A stretch of 64,000 bases of DNA from assembly GCA_963703315.1 (NCBI GenBank), contig OY969811.1, positions 480,001-544,000 on the forward strand, written 5' to 3'. The notes below the pieces were generated by a model. That model was not told the DNA's origin. It saw only the letters and a program-made list of their open reading frames with translations, and did not search any database. The first letter of the stretch is position 1, and each line of letters opens with the position of its first letter. A program made the translations under genes and the position numbers. Below, in pieces: positions 1 to 13,220 of the stretch. Origin of the DNA: an uncultured cyanobacterium. Lineage in GTDB: Bacteria; Cyanobacteriota; Cyanobacteriia; Pseudanabaenales; Pseudanabaenaceae.

Positions 1-752
1 TTGGATTGACGAAAGCAGATGTTCCTGAACTGGTCCGACTAAGTTGGGATCAGGATTTAATGGATAATGCATCAGGATATAGCGGAATTCATGCACTCAG
101 AGCCGCCGCTCAGTTAGAGCCAGAAACCGCTATCAAGGAATATTTAAAGCTGTTGACCGAATTTCCTGATGATGATTTTCTACATGAAGAAATAAATGGA
201 ATATCCAAACAGGTTGGTGAGATTGCGATCGCCCCACTAAAAGAGGTAATGGCTGATCTAACCCAACATCAGTGGGTACGGGTAACTGCGGCAGATGGAT
301 TAGAAGAAATTGGTAAAGCGCATTCTGATCTTCGTCAGACTTGTATAGACAATTTAATTGAGACACTTCAAAATTATCGTGACATCAATAATGATGTGAT
401 TACTTCAACATTGATTAGCAATTTAACTGAGTTAAAGGCGGTAGAGGCTGTAGATCTAATCGAGGAAGTATTTGCTAATACTGAAGTTGATGAGTGGATG
501 ACAGGGTCTTGGGCTACGGTGCAGGTGGAATTGGGACTAAAAAAAGAGTCAGACTTTTCGCCGAAAGAGCTAGAACCGAAGCCACCAGATTACATTTTAA
601 ATTTACGAGAACAGCAACGTCAGATTGAAAAAGCGCGTAAGCGTGAACTGTTATTGACTGAATTGAGTGTTCCTGCGCGACCTATGGCTAAGGGATTTGG
701 CTCAAGTAAACAAGGAAATAAGGCAAGCAAAAACAAAAAGAAAAAAAGCTAG
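1..752 (+). CDS. DUF1186-like/HEAT-repeat helical protein, probably 5'-truncated by the window edge
   Basis: Open frame from the window start; 'GIHALRAAAQL', 'VRVTAADGL', 'LTELKAVEAVDLIEEVF' and a basic tail 'AKGFG..KKKKS'. Confidence 0.55.
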   Translation, partial: GLTKADVPELVRLSWDQDLMDNASGYSGIHALRAAAQLEPETAIKEYLKLLTEFPDDDFLHEEINGISKQVGEIAIAPLKEVMADLTQHQWVRVTAADGLEEIGKAHSDLRQTCIDNLIETLQNYRDINNDVITSTLISNLTELKAVEAVDLIEEVFANTEVDEWMTGSWATVQVELGLKKESDFSPKELEPKPPDYILNLREQQRQIEKARKRELLLTELSVPARPMAKGFGSSKQGNKASKNKKKKS

Positions 753-769
753 CCAGACGGTTCCGTAAA

Positions 770-1456
770 TTATAGTGATTGCAAAGCTAAACTCAAGAAA
801 GCACTAGATAGGGGAACTGAGAGATTATCTGTGCCTCCAGGGGAATAAGCTTCGAGTAAAGCCGCGATCGCCGCTACAGGTATTGCAATTCCCACATCAT
901 GAGAGCGAATACCGTGCGTAATTCCCAAAATACCAAGTATCACTACTAAGCTAGTGACAAACATGGCGAAAGAACCTTCATAACTGCGTTTATTGCCCAA
1001 ATGCACAAATGTATGTGTACCAAAGCGTTTACCGATTAATGCTGCCATGCCGTCACCCCATGACATTACCATCACACCGATGACAGCATATTGAGGATTA
1101 TTTTCCCAAAGAAGTATGGCTAAAATCGTGATACTAAGAGCATAGTAGAACACGCCGTAGGTTTTACGCCCCACATCATCAAGCATCGGCAAAATATTGA
1201 TCCGATGAGAAGCCAGGGCGATCGCGCTAAATGTCACACCTGCAACAATACATAACCATGTGGGGATATGTAACCACCATGCGATCAGTAACACATTACC
1301 AGTGCCAATATGCACAACTTTACGAACTAATTCTGGATCTTGCTTAAGGCGATGCAAGATTTCGGAGACTAGAAATACTAGACCAAGCCAAACTACTACT
1401 GCCCCAATTTGAATAGGCAAAGCAGTTGTCGCAGAGATATCGCCAGTTATGGACAT
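770..1456 (-). CDS. Phytol/dolichol kinase family membrane protein (Vte5-like)
   Basis: RKVVHIGTG, WGDGMAALIG, KRSYEGS and GTDNLSVP motifs; several transmembrane segments. Confidence 0.85.
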   Translation of the reverse strand: MSITGDISATTALPIQIGAVVVWLGLVFLVSEILHRLKQDPELVRKVVHIGTGNVLLIAWWLHIPTWLCIVAGVTFSAIALASHRINILPMLDDVGRKTYGVFYYALSITILAILLWENNPQYAVIGVMVMSWGDGMAALIGKRFGTHTFVHLGNKRSYEGSFAMFVTSLVVILGILGITHGIRSHDVGIAIPVAAIAALLEAYSPGGTDNLSVPLSSAFLSLALQSL

Positions 1457-1599
1457 ATTGTGACAAAGCTAAAAATACGCATACTTGATTGTTTATGTTA
1501 TCGCACCTTTTCGCTATTGTTTCATGATTTCCATGAAGGTATCCCAGTTATCAAAGTGATCGCGATAAGATTAATTACAACGCTGTGCGCTCAATCCTA

Positions 1600-1656
1600 A
1601 ACCCAAAAGTTTTATAAAAGCATTGCTCTGCAATGCTTTTATAAAACTTTTGGGTT
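1600..1656. repeat. Perfect palindrome, 27-bp arms, GC-TCT-GC loop
   Basis: aacccaaaagttttataaaagcattgc tct gcaatgcttttataaaacttttgggtt, between divergent genes. Confidence 0.9.
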
Positions 1657-1685
1657 CGTTATAGTTAAAAACGAAGTTACTACAA

Positions 1686-3479
1686 ATGTCTACTGTCCAT
1701 CCCTTTATCCGACTGACACGATATGCACGCAATTATCGCCAACAAATTTGGACTGCAACCATCTGTTCCATTCTCAATAAATTCTTTGATTTAGCTCCAC
1801 CTGTTTTAATTGGAGCAGCGATCGATCTGGTATTACAAAAAGAGAACTTTTGGGCAAATCCCTTTGGTGTTCAGGGCTTAGCAGCGCAGTTGTTTGTACT
1901 ATCAGCAATCAGTGGTGTGATTTGGGGATTGGAATCAATTTTTGAATATGCTTATGCACTGCAATGGCGAAATCTTGCTCAGACAGTGCAGCATGACCTC
2001 CGCCTTGATGCTTACGATCATTTGCAAGAATTGGAACTCGCATTTTTTGAAGAGCGTAGTTCAGGTGGATTGATGTCAATTTTGAGTGATGATGTTAATC
2101 AATTAGAACGTTTTCTTGATGGTGGAGCTAATGAAGTCATTCAAGTTTCGGCAACGATTCTCTTAATTGGTGGTGCATTCTTTATCATTACACCGAACGT
2201 GGCTTGGCTAGCTCTAGCACCGATGCCATTTATTCTATGGGGTTCTGTCTGGTTTCAGAAATTCCTTGCGCCACGCTATGCTGACGTGCGCGAAAAGGTG
2301 GGATTGCTGAATGGACAACTCTCCAATAATATCGGTGGAATTACTACGATTAAGGCATTTGTCACCGAAGAATATGAACATAAGCGCATTGAGAAAGAAA
2401 GTAATCATTATCGTCAAAGTAATCGTAAAGCGATCGCCTATAGTGCTGCCTTCGTTCCCTTAATCAGAATTCTGATCTTCATGGGATTTATCGCGATTTT
2501 GTATTATGGAGGTTTGGAAGTACAGGCACAAAGACTATCGGTTGGTAATTATTCGGTGATGGTTTATTTGATTCAGCGCTTGCTATGGCCCCTAACGCGA
2601 TTGGGTGAAACCCTTGATCAATACCAACGAGCAATGGCTTCGACAAATCGCATTCTTGATTTATTAGATACACCGATCGCCATTCATTCAGGTTCACAAG
2701 CTTTACCACCCAAAGAACTAGTGCAAGGAGCGATCCAACTAAAGGATGTTACCTTTGGTTATAACCCTAGTTTCCCTATTGTCGAGAATCTATCCTTAGA
2801 TATTGCTGCCCATAAAACTACAGCGATTGTAGGCGCGACAGGCTCTGGTAAAAGTACTCTAGTCAAGCTGCTTTTACGTTTATACGAGATTCAATCGGGA
2901 AATATCTTTTTAGATGAAGTAGAAATCCGTGACTTAGAACTGCGATCGCTCCGTTCATCAGTAGGTTGGGTGAGCCAAGATGTCTTTCTATTTCACGGTT
3001 CCGTTTTAGAAAATATTGCCTATGGTTCCTTTGATGCGACAGTTGAGCAGATTGTGGAAGCTGCCAAGGTTGCAGAAGCCCATGAGTTTATTCAAGCTTT
3101 GCCTCAAGGTTACGATACGATTGTCGGTGAACGTGGTCAAAAGCTCTCAGGTGGGCAGCGACAAAGAATTGCGATCGCCCGTGCAGTATTACGCAATCCA
3201 CCAATTTTAATTCTCGATGAAGCTACTTCGGCAGTGGATAATGAAACGGAAGCAGCAATTCAAAAATCTCTCGATCAGATTACGAAAAATCGCACCACCA
3301 TTGCGATCGCCCATCGTCTTTCTACAATTCGCAATGCTGATCGCATTTATGTAATGGATCAGGGCAAGGTCGTGGAGACAGGAACCCACGATCAGCTAGT
3401 TGCCCTAAATGGTATTTACACTGGTTTATGGAACCTGCAAACTGGACAAACTCATGAGGCGGCAAAGTCTGAGTTTTAG
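1686..3479 (+). CDS. ABC exporter, fused permease and ATPase (MsbA/MdlB-like)
   Basis: N-terminal TM domain; Walker A GATGSGKS, signature LSGGQ, Walker B ILILDEATSAVD, H-loop IAHRLST. Confidence 0.92.
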   Translation: MSTVHPFIRLTRYARNYRQQIWTATICSILNKFFDLAPPVLIGAAIDLVLQKENFWANPFGVQGLAAQLFVLSAISGVIWGLESIFEYAYALQWRNLAQTVQHDLRLDAYDHLQELELAFFEERSSGGLMSILSDDVNQLERFLDGGANEVIQVSATILLIGGAFFIITPNVAWLALAPMPFILWGSVWFQKFLAPRYADVREKVGLLNGQLSNNIGGITTIKAFVTEEYEHKRIEKESNHYRQSNRKAIAYSAAFVPLIRILIFMGFIAILYYGGLEVQAQRLSVGNYSVMVYLIQRLLWPLTRLGETLDQYQRAMASTNRILDLLDTPIAIHSGSQALPPKELVQGAIQLKDVTFGYNPSFPIVENLSLDIAAHKTTAIVGATGSGKSTLVKLLLRLYEIQSGNIFLDEVEIRDLELRSLRSSVGWVSQDVFLFHGSVLENIAYGSFDATVEQIVEAAKVAEAHEFIQALPQGYDTIVGERGQKLSGGQRQRIAIARAVLRNPPILILDEATSAVDNETEAAIQKSLDQITKNRTTIAIAHRLSTIRNADRIYVMDQGKVVETGTHDQLVALNGIYTGLWNLQTGQTHEAAKSEF

Positions 3480-3503
3480 TTGTTGCCTTGATGTGTAGGT
3501 CAT

Positions 3504-3560
3504 ATCATTCAAATTACCAAACAGCGATCGCCTATTCCCAAAAACAAAACAAGGCGATCG
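3504..3560 (+). repeat. HIP1-containing direct repeat, copy 1
   Basis: atcattcaaattaccaaacagcgatcgcctattcccaaaaacaaaacaaggcgatcg; closely matches 4103-4160. Confidence 0.8.
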
Positions 3561-3629
3561 TTTCAAATAAATAATTCAGGTATACAATCAGAAAAAGAGT
3601 AGCATCAATTCGTAACTCAAACTAATACA

Positions 3630-4085
3630 GTGAGTATCATGACATCAACAGTACTTTATGAATCTGATTTCTATAATTGGACAGTTGAACAGGTCAAGCG
3701 TTTACGCTTAGGTAAGTTGGATGATTTAGATTTAGAGAATTTAGCGGAAGAGATAGAATCCTTGGGTAATCAGAAAAGGTCTGAATTGGAGAACCGTTTG
3801 GGGGTTTTGTTGGGACATTTACTCAAGTGGGATTTACAGCCTAGTTTACGCGGCAAGAGTTGGCGCTCCACAATTAGAGAGCAGAGGCGTGAGATTAAAA
3901 AATTAATCAGAAAAAATCCTAGCTTGAAGTCTTATCTTGATGAAGCGATCACCGATGGCTATGAGTCTGCATTAGATTTGGTAGTAAGAGAAACACCTTT
4001 GGATTATAAAGATTTGCCAAAAGATTGCTCTTATTCGATCGCACAACTTTTTGATGATAACTTTCCTGTTGGCATAGAGATTTGA
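3630..4085 (+). CDS. DUF29 family protein
   Basis: LYESDFYNW, LDLENLAEEIESLG, LLGHLLKW, SWRSTIREQR and NPSLKSYL motifs. Confidence 0.9.
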   Translation: MSIMTSTVLYESDFYNWTVEQVKRLRLGKLDDLDLENLAEEIESLGNQKRSELENRLGVLLGHLLKWDLQPSLRGKSWRSTIREQRREIKKLIRKNPSLKSYLDEAITDGYESALDLVVRETPLDYKDLPKDCSYSIAQLFDDNFPVGIEI

Positions 4086-4102
4086 GATATAGCGATCGCC
4101 CC

Positions 4103-4160
4103 ATCAATCAAACTTTCAAACAGCGATCGCCTATTCACAAAAAACAAAACAATGTGATCG
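4103..4160 (+). repeat. HIP1-containing direct repeat, copy 2
   Basis: atcaatcaaactttcaaacagcgatcgcctattcacaaaaaacaaaacaatgtgatcg. Confidence 0.8.
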
Positions 4161-4385
4161 CCCAATCCTCACAATCTCGATAACCACGCCGTGATATTTC
4201 AACCATAAAAAACTTAGAAACGACTAAAGCTAGCGCCCCAACCAACTTACTTTACAAAACTTATCGTTAGTTTTTGGTTGAAATACCTGTAAATGCAGCA
4301 TTTTCTGATGAGATAGAGTTAGATATTTAAGTTGGAAAACCCTATACTGGGTAGTTATTATTTCGACTTTTTACATACCCTTTAA

Positions 4386-7154
<2,769 letters not shown>

Positions 7155-7178
7155 CTTTTAGCTTTTAGCCGTTAGTTT

Positions 7179-7214
7179 AAAAAAGAGAGATGGCTTTGCC
7201 ATCTCTCTTTTTTT
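7179..7214. terminator. Bidirectional intrinsic terminator
   Basis: aaaaaagagagatggc ttt gccatctctcttttttt between convergent apcE and helicase. Confidence 0.8.
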
Positions 7215-7272
7215 GATGAACTGATGGCGCGTCAATCAAAGCAACCCGCGCCACTGTAGCGATATTGTAAAG

Positions 7273-8757
7273 TCAGGTGTGGTAATCATTTGATTCCTCA
7301 GCAGCGATCGCTTGTTTTTTGGGAATAGGCTTGTCGTACTTAATGCCGATTTGGATTACTTTGTCTTGCTGCGGCTCTGGACGCGATCGCTCAATACCAC
7401 GACGGCGTTCGGAAGTGCGTTCTTCACTAGTAGCCTCAGTCACGACTTCGTAGAGAATCGCTTGTTTATTGGCTTCTGTCCCCCGTCGTAGCACTCGTCC
7501 CAAGCGCTGAATATATTCACGGGCAGAGCCTGTACCCGATAGAAGAATGGCAATACGGGCATCGGGGACATCCACACCTTCATTCAAAACATGGGAAGTA
7601 ACTAGAGCTTTATATTTACCTTCACGAAAGAAGGTCAAAATTTCATGACGCTCTTTGACAGGGGTTTGATGGGTGAGGGCAGGGATAAGTAAATCTCGCG
7701 AGATCCGATAAACCGTGTCGTTATCATTGGTAAAAATGAGAATGCGTTCAGGAAAATGTTGAGCTAATAAATCCGCTAAGACTCGCAATTTTGACTCAGT
7801 ACCTAGTGATAATTCCTTTGATTCCCGATGGGCAAGCATCGCTCTCCGTCCTGCCTGCGATCGCGCACTGGCTTGTACAAATCTTTGCCATCCTTCCAGA
7901 CTACCGAGGGAGATTTTTGATTCCTTTAAAAAATTATTTCGGCTTTGGATTAGCGCATCATAGCGATCGCGTTCTTGAGCAGAAAGAGAAACTTTAATCT
8001 GCACAATTTTATGTTCAGCTAGGGCTTGTCCTGCCAGTTCTTCTGCCGATTTACGATAGACCTCTTCACCAATGAGAACTTCTAAATCAGCGTGTTTACC
8101 ATCGCTGCGTTCAGGTGTGGCAGTTAATCCCAATCGATAAGGGGCGATCGCGTATTCTGCAATTACTCGAAAAAAATCCGTTGGCAAATGGTGACATTCA
8201 TCAAAGACGATTAAGCCATAGAGATTTCCCAAAGCTTCCGCTTGAATAGCCGCACTATCATAGGTTGACACCAGAATAGCTGTGCGATCGCGCGATCCAC
8301 CTCCCAACAAACCAATCTCTACATCAGGAAAAGCTGCCAGTAAATGCGCGTACCACTGATGCATCAAATCAAGGGTTGGCACAACTATCAAAGTACTGCG
8401 ATTGGTAACCTGCATCGCTAACTGCGCCAAATAGGTTTTACCTGCGGCAGTAGGCAAAACGACTACGCCTTGCTTGCCCACTTTTTGCCATGCGGCAAGA
8501 GCCTCACTCTGGTGCGGATATGGCTCCATTTTGCTATGGGCAGTCAGGTTAATCTCTTGATATCCCCGTGATGTATCTTCGATCGCAATTCCTTCTGATC
8601 GCAAAGTCAAAATTAATTCACGATAACGATTGGCAGGAATCCGAAACTTCTCAATGCGATCATCCCACGTCGCAAACTCAATCCATGTCTTACCTTTGGG
8701 GGGTGGATGGAGAATTAACGTACCGCGATCGTAAGTTAGTTTAGGTATACGGGGCAT
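7273..8757 (-). CDS. SF2 DEAD/DEAH-box helicase, XPB/ResIII-like
   Basis: LPTAAGKT, DECHH, GLTATPER, LNEGVDVP and YIQRLGRVLR motifs. Confidence 0.9.
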   Translation of the reverse strand: MPRIPKLTYDRGTLILHPPPKGKTWIEFATWDDRIEKFRIPANRYRELILTLRSEGIAIEDTSRGYQEINLTAHSKMEPYPHQSEALAAWQKVGKQGVVVLPTAAGKTYLAQLAMQVTNRSTLIVVPTLDLMHQWYAHLLAAFPDVEIGLLGGGSRDRTAILVSTYDSAAIQAEALGNLYGLIVFDECHHLPTDFFRVIAEYAIAPYRLGLTATPERSDGKHADLEVLIGEEVYRKSAEELAGQALAEHKIVQIKVSLSAQERDRYDALIQSRNNFLKESKISLGSLEGWQRFVQASARSQAGRRAMLAHRESKELSLGTESKLRVLADLLAQHFPERILIFTNDNDTVYRISRDLLIPALTHQTPVKERHEILTFFREGKYKALVTSHVLNEGVDVPDARIAILLSGTGSAREYIQRLGRVLRRGTEANKQAILYEVVTEATSEERTSERRRGIERSRPEPQQDKVIQIGIKYDKPIPKKQAIAAEESNDYHT

Positions 8758-8790
8758 TCAATACCGAAAGTTTTTAACAAGCCAAGATTA

Positions 8791-8835
8791 CCAAATTTTT
8801 AGTGACGCGGCTTTGCCGCGCCACTAAGAATTTGG
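8791..8835. repeat. Palindromic element (GCGGC-TTT-GCCGC core)
   Basis: ccaaatttttagtgacgcggc ttt gccgcgccactaagaatttgg. Confidence 0.8.
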
Positions 8836-8874
8836 TTCTTTAATTTTACTGTGATTCAATTGTTATTATGCGTA

Positions 8875-8967
8875 TAAGTAAGTAGGCTTAATTAAATATA
8901 AAACCCTCAAACCTGTGGCGCACGCTGCGCGTGCGCCACAGGTTTGAGATCTATGCCAAGATACTTA
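8875..8967. repeat. TAAGTA...TACTTA-shell element with ACCTGTGGCGCACGC palindrome
   Basis: ctcaaacctgtggcgcacgc tgc gcgtgcgccacaggtttgag; related copies near 30549, 56006, 60129 and 61247. Confidence 0.8.
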
Positions 8968-8988
8968 GCTTAGTGAGGAGATGTCATT

Positions 8989-10329
8989 TTGAGTCAATTA
9001 CCAAACTGCATTCCTAGCCCACCCTATTGGCAACTTATAAATTGGATTACTGATCCCATTGGCACTCAGGAAAGATATAGTCGCAAGCATGGTGATATCT
9101 TTACAATGCAATTGGGAGGCATTGGTTCTTTTGTGGTGATTGGCAATCCGCAAGCTGTACAAGAGATATTTAATCAAGATTCTAAATTTGATGCAGGGCA
9201 AGGTAATGCTCTGGGAGAACCCCTCGTCGGGCGGAATTCTTTGATGTTGTTAGACGGCGATCGCCATCGGCGCGAACGCAAATTGTTAATGCCCCCCTTT
9301 CATGGTGAAAGACTACATACTTACGCCAACCAGATCTGTGTGATTGCCGAAAAAGTCGCCAGTCAGTGGCAAGTCGGACAAGCTTTTGTGATGCGGACTG
9401 CAATGCAGAAGGTTAGCCTAGAAATAATTTTGCAGGTTGTGTTTGGCTTGAGTGAAGGCGATCGCTATCAACAACTGCAACCACTTCTGACAGATTGGAT
9501 CAATATGACCGATTCTCCTCTGCGATCGAGTATGTTGTTTTTTCAGTTTTTACAAAAAGATTGGGGAAGCTGGACTCCTTGGGGACGGATGAAGCAGCGC
9601 CAACGCCAGATTCATCAATTACTGCAAGCTGAAATTGATGAGAGAAGAACAACGGCAACCAATGGGCGAACCGATGTCCTCAGCTTGATGATGGCAGCAA
9701 GGGATGAACAGGGGCAAGCGATGACCGACGAGGAATTAAGGGATGAACTGCTCACCATATTATTAGCAGGACATGAAACTACCGCAACAACTTTGGCTTG
9801 GGCGTTCTATCAAATCCATCAACATCCCGATGTCCGTGAACAACTGTTACAGGAATTAGATGGTTTAGGCGAGAATCCTGCTCCGATGGAAATCGCCAAA
9901 CTTCCCTATTTGAGCGCAGTTTGTCAAGAGACTCTCCGAATGTATCCCGTCCTTCCTGGAATTTTTCCACGCGTGGCTAATTCACCTGTGAAGGTGGCAG
10001 GATATGCATTTGATGCTGGCACAATTTTAATGCCAACTATTTATCTAGTCCATTATCGGGAAGATTTGTATCCTCATGCCCAGCAATTTGTCCCAGCCAG
10101 ATTTTGCGATCGCCAGTATTCTCCGTCTGAATATTTCCCCTTTGGTGGCGGTAGTCGGCGATGTTTGGGATATGCCTTGGCTCAGTTAGAAATGAAACTG
10201 GTTATTGCCACGATTTTAGCTAAATATCAACTTGCCTTAGCAGAGGATAAGCCGATTAAAATACAACGTCGTGGATTTACGCTTGCGCCTACGGGAGGGG
10301 TTCGGATGGTGTTGACTGATCCCCTGTGA
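8989..10329 (+). CDS. Cytochrome P450 (CYP110-like)
   Basis: AGHETT I-helix, [16 protein letters not shown] heme-binding Cys; TTG start 8 nt after GAGGAG. Confidence 0.95.
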   Translation: MSQLPNCIPSPPYWQLINWITDPIGTQERYSRKHGDIFTMQLGGIGSFVVIGNPQAVQEIFNQDSKFDAGQGNALGEPLVGRNSLMLLDGDRHRRERKLLMPPFHGERLHTYANQICVIAEKVASQWQVGQAFVMRTAMQKVSLEIILQVVFGLSEGDRYQQLQPLLTDWINMTDSPLRSSMLFFQFLQKDWGSWTPWGRMKQRQRQIHQLLQAEIDERRTTATNGRTDVLSLMMAARDEQGQAMTDEELRDELLTILLAGHETTATTLAWAFYQIHQHPDVREQLLQELDGLGENPAPMEIAKLPYLSAVCQETLRMYPVLPGIFPRVANSPVKVAGYAFDAGTILMPTIYLVHYREDLYPHAQQFVPARFCDRQYSPSEYFPFGGGSRRCLGYALAQLEMKLVIATILAKYQLALAEDKPIKIQRRGFTLAPTGGVRMVLTDPL

Positions 10330-10393
10330 CATCGATCGCATTTACTTACACGCAACGTCACAAGCGCATAGATGCGCGATCGCAAGCTCAACC

Positions 10394-10696
10394 TTGATAG
10401 AACGAGATACTAATGTCATCGAGAAAAACGTTCATCAAAGGCAAAAAGCAATGATCCTCAATTCACTAAACCAAGTTCGCTCCATTGTCATCAATACCAT
10501 CACTGGCACTGAACAAGCGATTATATTTCTCGGCAAAATCTTTGTAGTCGATAGGATGTACAACTCTCTCAATGAGGCGATCGCAGGATGCAGAAGAGAC
10601 TTAGATTTGGGCATGGCAATCTTAATCACACCCAATGAAAATAAATTTAGCGTTTGGGTTTCAATTCCCAACGAATTGATTTTGCAAGCTGCCTAA
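10394..10696 (+). CDS. Hypothetical protein
   Basis: 100-aa ORF with protein-like composition; true start may be the ATG at 10451. Confidence 0.55.
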   Translation: MIERDTNVIEKNVHQRQKAMILNSLNQVRSIVINTITGTEQAIIFLGKIFVVDRMYNSLNEAIAGCRRDLDLGMAILITPNENKFSVWVSIPNELILQAA

Positions 10697-11208
10697 GCTT
10701 GGTAAACAAAAACCTGAACCTCAATACCTTTGTGCCTAGCCTTAGCGATCGTGTCTTGTGTCCCCTCAGTGCCATTGACATGAAAAGCGATCAGGTGATC
10801 AGCAATATCAATAATTTTGGTAATGCGCTTAAAGTACGCTTCTTTGTCAATGATTTGGGATACCCCTTCAACGAGACATCCCATTGACTTTACTGCTTGC
10901 AATTGCAAAATCAAAGTTTCTGCCTGTTTATTCGTGATTATCCCTTCACTCGCACGATTCAAATAGTGATTACGGTATATTTCCAATGTAGACGGGATCA
11001 TAATTTTTAAGCGACTAGCATCAATACCAGATTGCAAGGCTTCATCAGTAGCCAAGAAATCTACACCTAATGCTCCCCCTGAGACAATGCCATTACCAAG
11101 ATTTAGTAGCGATTGCACCTCTGCCCGCACCTTGTTTTCAATGTCAAGATTTGTGTGTCGCCAACTACCCGCGATCGCCGTCCATCTCATAGGGGTTTCA
11201 GAAGCCAT
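10693..11208 (-). CDS. SLOG-superfamily (DprA/Smf-like) nucleotide-binding protein
   Basis: AIAGS, IVSGGALGVD, ADHLIAFH and GTQDTIAKA motifs. Confidence 0.75.
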   Translation of the reverse strand: MASETPMRWTAIAGSWRHTNLDIENKVRAEVQSLLNLGNGIVSGGALGVDFLATDEALQSGIDASRLKIMIPSTLEIYRNHYLNRASEGIITNKQAETLILQLQAVKSMGCLVEGVSQIIDKEAYFKRITKIIDIADHLIAFHVNGTEGTQDTIAKARHKGIEVQVFVYQA

Positions 11209-11238
11209 ACTTCACCAATAGTTTTGCAAATAGTTGCT

Positions 11239-11307
11239 TATAGCTGTCGTCAAGTGTAAACCCAAAAAGGGAGTGGCGGCGCAAAGCGCCACCACTCCCT
11301 TTTTGGG
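11239..11307. repeat. TATAGCTGTCG-shell element (partial) with GGCGGCGC palindrome
   Basis: tatagctgtcg then cccaaaaagggagtggcggcgc aaa gcgccaccactccctttttggg. Confidence 0.85.
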
Positions 11308-11410
11308 ATTTTATTTTGTAGCGATCGCAATAATTAAAACTCTAACCCATACGTTCAAGCGTTAAGATATTGATTGGTTCGTAGATGCGGTTTCGGGGTA
11401 TCCCAAATCA

Positions 11411-12271
11411 ATGGCTGTTAAACTTGCGCTGGATGATAAACAAGAAATACTTCGCCTCTATCGTGAGTCCGATGCGACCACGACACAGTTGGCAAAGCAG
11501 TTTGGCATTAGTACGAGTACAGTCTTACGACTGCTACAAGAGCTAATCCCTGCTGAGGAGTATCGACAATTAGTAGGTCAAAAAAAGGCTGAAGGCAAAA
11601 GAGGATCGCGGGTCAATCACGATATTGGCGGTTTTCAGGTAAATCAGCTTGCTTTGATTCCTGATGATTTGCCATTGCCCCACGATGACATTAGCTATAA
11701 TTTTGACCAAGGTGATGAAACGGCGATCGCAATGGATGACAACCTAGATGAAATGTTAACCGATCCGCTAACTGATTCTTTAAGTGAAGTGGAAAGTGAC
11801 CTCGATGATGAAGATCTAGAGGATGAGGAAGAGTCTGAAGATGACTTGGTTGATGAGGATAATCTCGAGCTTGATGAGGATGAGCTAGATTTTGCAGAAG
11901 ATGATGCGGACTCTGGCTTATCGATGTTTGCCGAGCTACATGGTGGTCATAGTGCTAGCGATCGCCTTGAGATCTTGCCCCTAGACGAAGCGGACTTACC
12001 GTTAATTTGCTACATTGTCGTCGATCGTATTGCCGAGATTATTACTCGTCCGCTCAAAGATTTTAAAGATCTAGGTGCAATTCCGCCTGAAGAGTCACTG
12101 TCCAAAACAATTCCGATTTTTGATAATCATCGGGTGGCAAGGAGATTTTCCCATCACAATCAGCGTGTGATTAAATTTCCCAGCGATTTGATCCACATTA
12201 CTCGTCCTCAACTTGTCCAAAAGGGCATTACGCGCATCCTCTTTAGTGGTCAGGTATATACATTAAATTAA
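11411..12271 (+). CDS. Cyanobacterial HTH protein with long acidic tract
   Basis: N-terminal HTH (TTTQLAKQFGISTSTVLRLL), D/E-rich linker, folded-looking C-terminal domain. Confidence 0.75.
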   Translation: MAVKLALDDKQEILRLYRESDATTTQLAKQFGISTSTVLRLLQELIPAEEYRQLVGQKKAEGKRGSRVNHDIGGFQVNQLALIPDDLPLPHDDISYNFDQGDETAIAMDDNLDEMLTDPLTDSLSEVESDLDDEDLEDEEESEDDLVDEDNLELDEDELDFAEDDADSGLSMFAELHGGHSASDRLEILPLDEADLPLICYIVVDRIAEIITRPLKDFKDLGAIPPEESLSKTIPIFDNHRVARRFSHHNQRVIKFPSDLIHITRPQLVQKGITRILFSGQVYTLN

Positions 12272-12280
12272 ATAGTAATT

Positions 12281-12329
12281 TAAATAGTAAGAATGCACCG
12301 TGCAAAGCGCGGTGCATTCTTACCATTTA
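12281..12329. repeat. Palindromic element, possible terminator
   Basis: taaatagtaagaatgcaccgtgc aaa gcgcggtgcattcttaccattta. Confidence 0.75.
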
Positions 12330-12369
12330 ATTGAAAAGGCAAAAGTAGAAAGTAAAAAAGGCGAATCTA

Positions 12370-13203
12370 GTGTTAACTCTTTCTCCTGCAAGGCAAAAGT
12401 TTTGGCAAATTGCCCATACGCCTGATCACCAAATGTCTATTGACCATCTACTAGAGGGGGCTTTGGCGATCGCATGGGAAGAATATCCGCGTATGGATCT
12501 GGGGCATTATCGCGAAATTCTTGATCGCATGGTTATGGACTTGCAACCAAGGCTGGCGAATATTCATTACCCACTGAAGGTTGTTCAAGAAATTAATCAA
12601 TATTTATTTGCTGAGCAAAAATTTGCAGGTAATGATCACGATTATTACGATCCGCGTAATAGCTTTATTAATGATGTGTTAGACCGCCGCTTGGGAATTC
12701 CCCTATCGCTATCGCTGATTTATATGATCATTGGCGATCGCCTCGGCTTTGCAATGGATGGGATTAGTTTCCCTGCCCATTTTATTGTGCGTCCCCAACA
12801 TCCCGATCTAGAGATTTTCATTGATCCCTACAATAAAGGTGAAATCCTATTTCCTGAAGACTGTGCTGCTAAGTTAACGCAGCTATATGGTTATGCAGTA
12901 CCTCTACAACCTGAATATCTCCAACCCGTAGGCATTCGCCGTATTTTAGATCGCTTACTGAATAATCTAAAACTAATCTATTTGCGCCGCCGTGAACCAA
13001 TCAAAGCTCTAGCGGCGATCGAGCGATCGCTGATGCTGCATCCTGATGTGCCAACCCAATGGCGCGATCGCGGTTTGATTTGTTATCAGTTAGATCGTTT
13101 TACCGAAGCCAGAATTGATCTGGAAAACTATTTGCAAAATGTCCCCTACGCAGAGGATAGTCGAGTAATTTTGCAATTAATCGCCGAAATGAAGCCTATT
13201 TAG
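12370..13203 (+). CDS. SirB1 family (transglutaminase-like core plus TPR) protein
   Basis: FAGNDHDYYDPRNSFINDVLDRRLGIPLSL, FPAHF, IFIDPYN, RLLNNLK and RDRGL motifs. Confidence 0.9.
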   Translation: MLTLSPARQKFWQIAHTPDHQMSIDHLLEGALAIAWEEYPRMDLGHYREILDRMVMDLQPRLANIHYPLKVVQEINQYLFAEQKFAGNDHDYYDPRNSFINDVLDRRLGIPLSLSLIYMIIGDRLGFAMDGISFPAHFIVRPQHPDLEIFIDPYNKGEILFPEDCAAKLTQLYGYAVPLQPEYLQPVGIRRILDRLLNNLKLIYLRRREPIKALAAIERSLMLHPDVPTQWRDRGLICYQLDRFTEARIDLENYLQNVPYAEDSRVILQLIAEMKPI

Positions 13204-13220
13204 TTTTGTGGCTGCTATCC

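Noticed and set aside
8981..8992. Mini-ORF ATG-TCA-TTT-TGA overlapping the P450 start, suggesting a frameshift or uORF
   Set aside because: The TTG at 8989 is well spaced from GAGGAG and gives a complete P450; the ATG directly abuts the RBS.
11411..12271. Possible transposase (N-terminal HTH)
   Set aside because: No DDE or HUH catalytic motifs, terminal inverted repeats or target duplication are visible.
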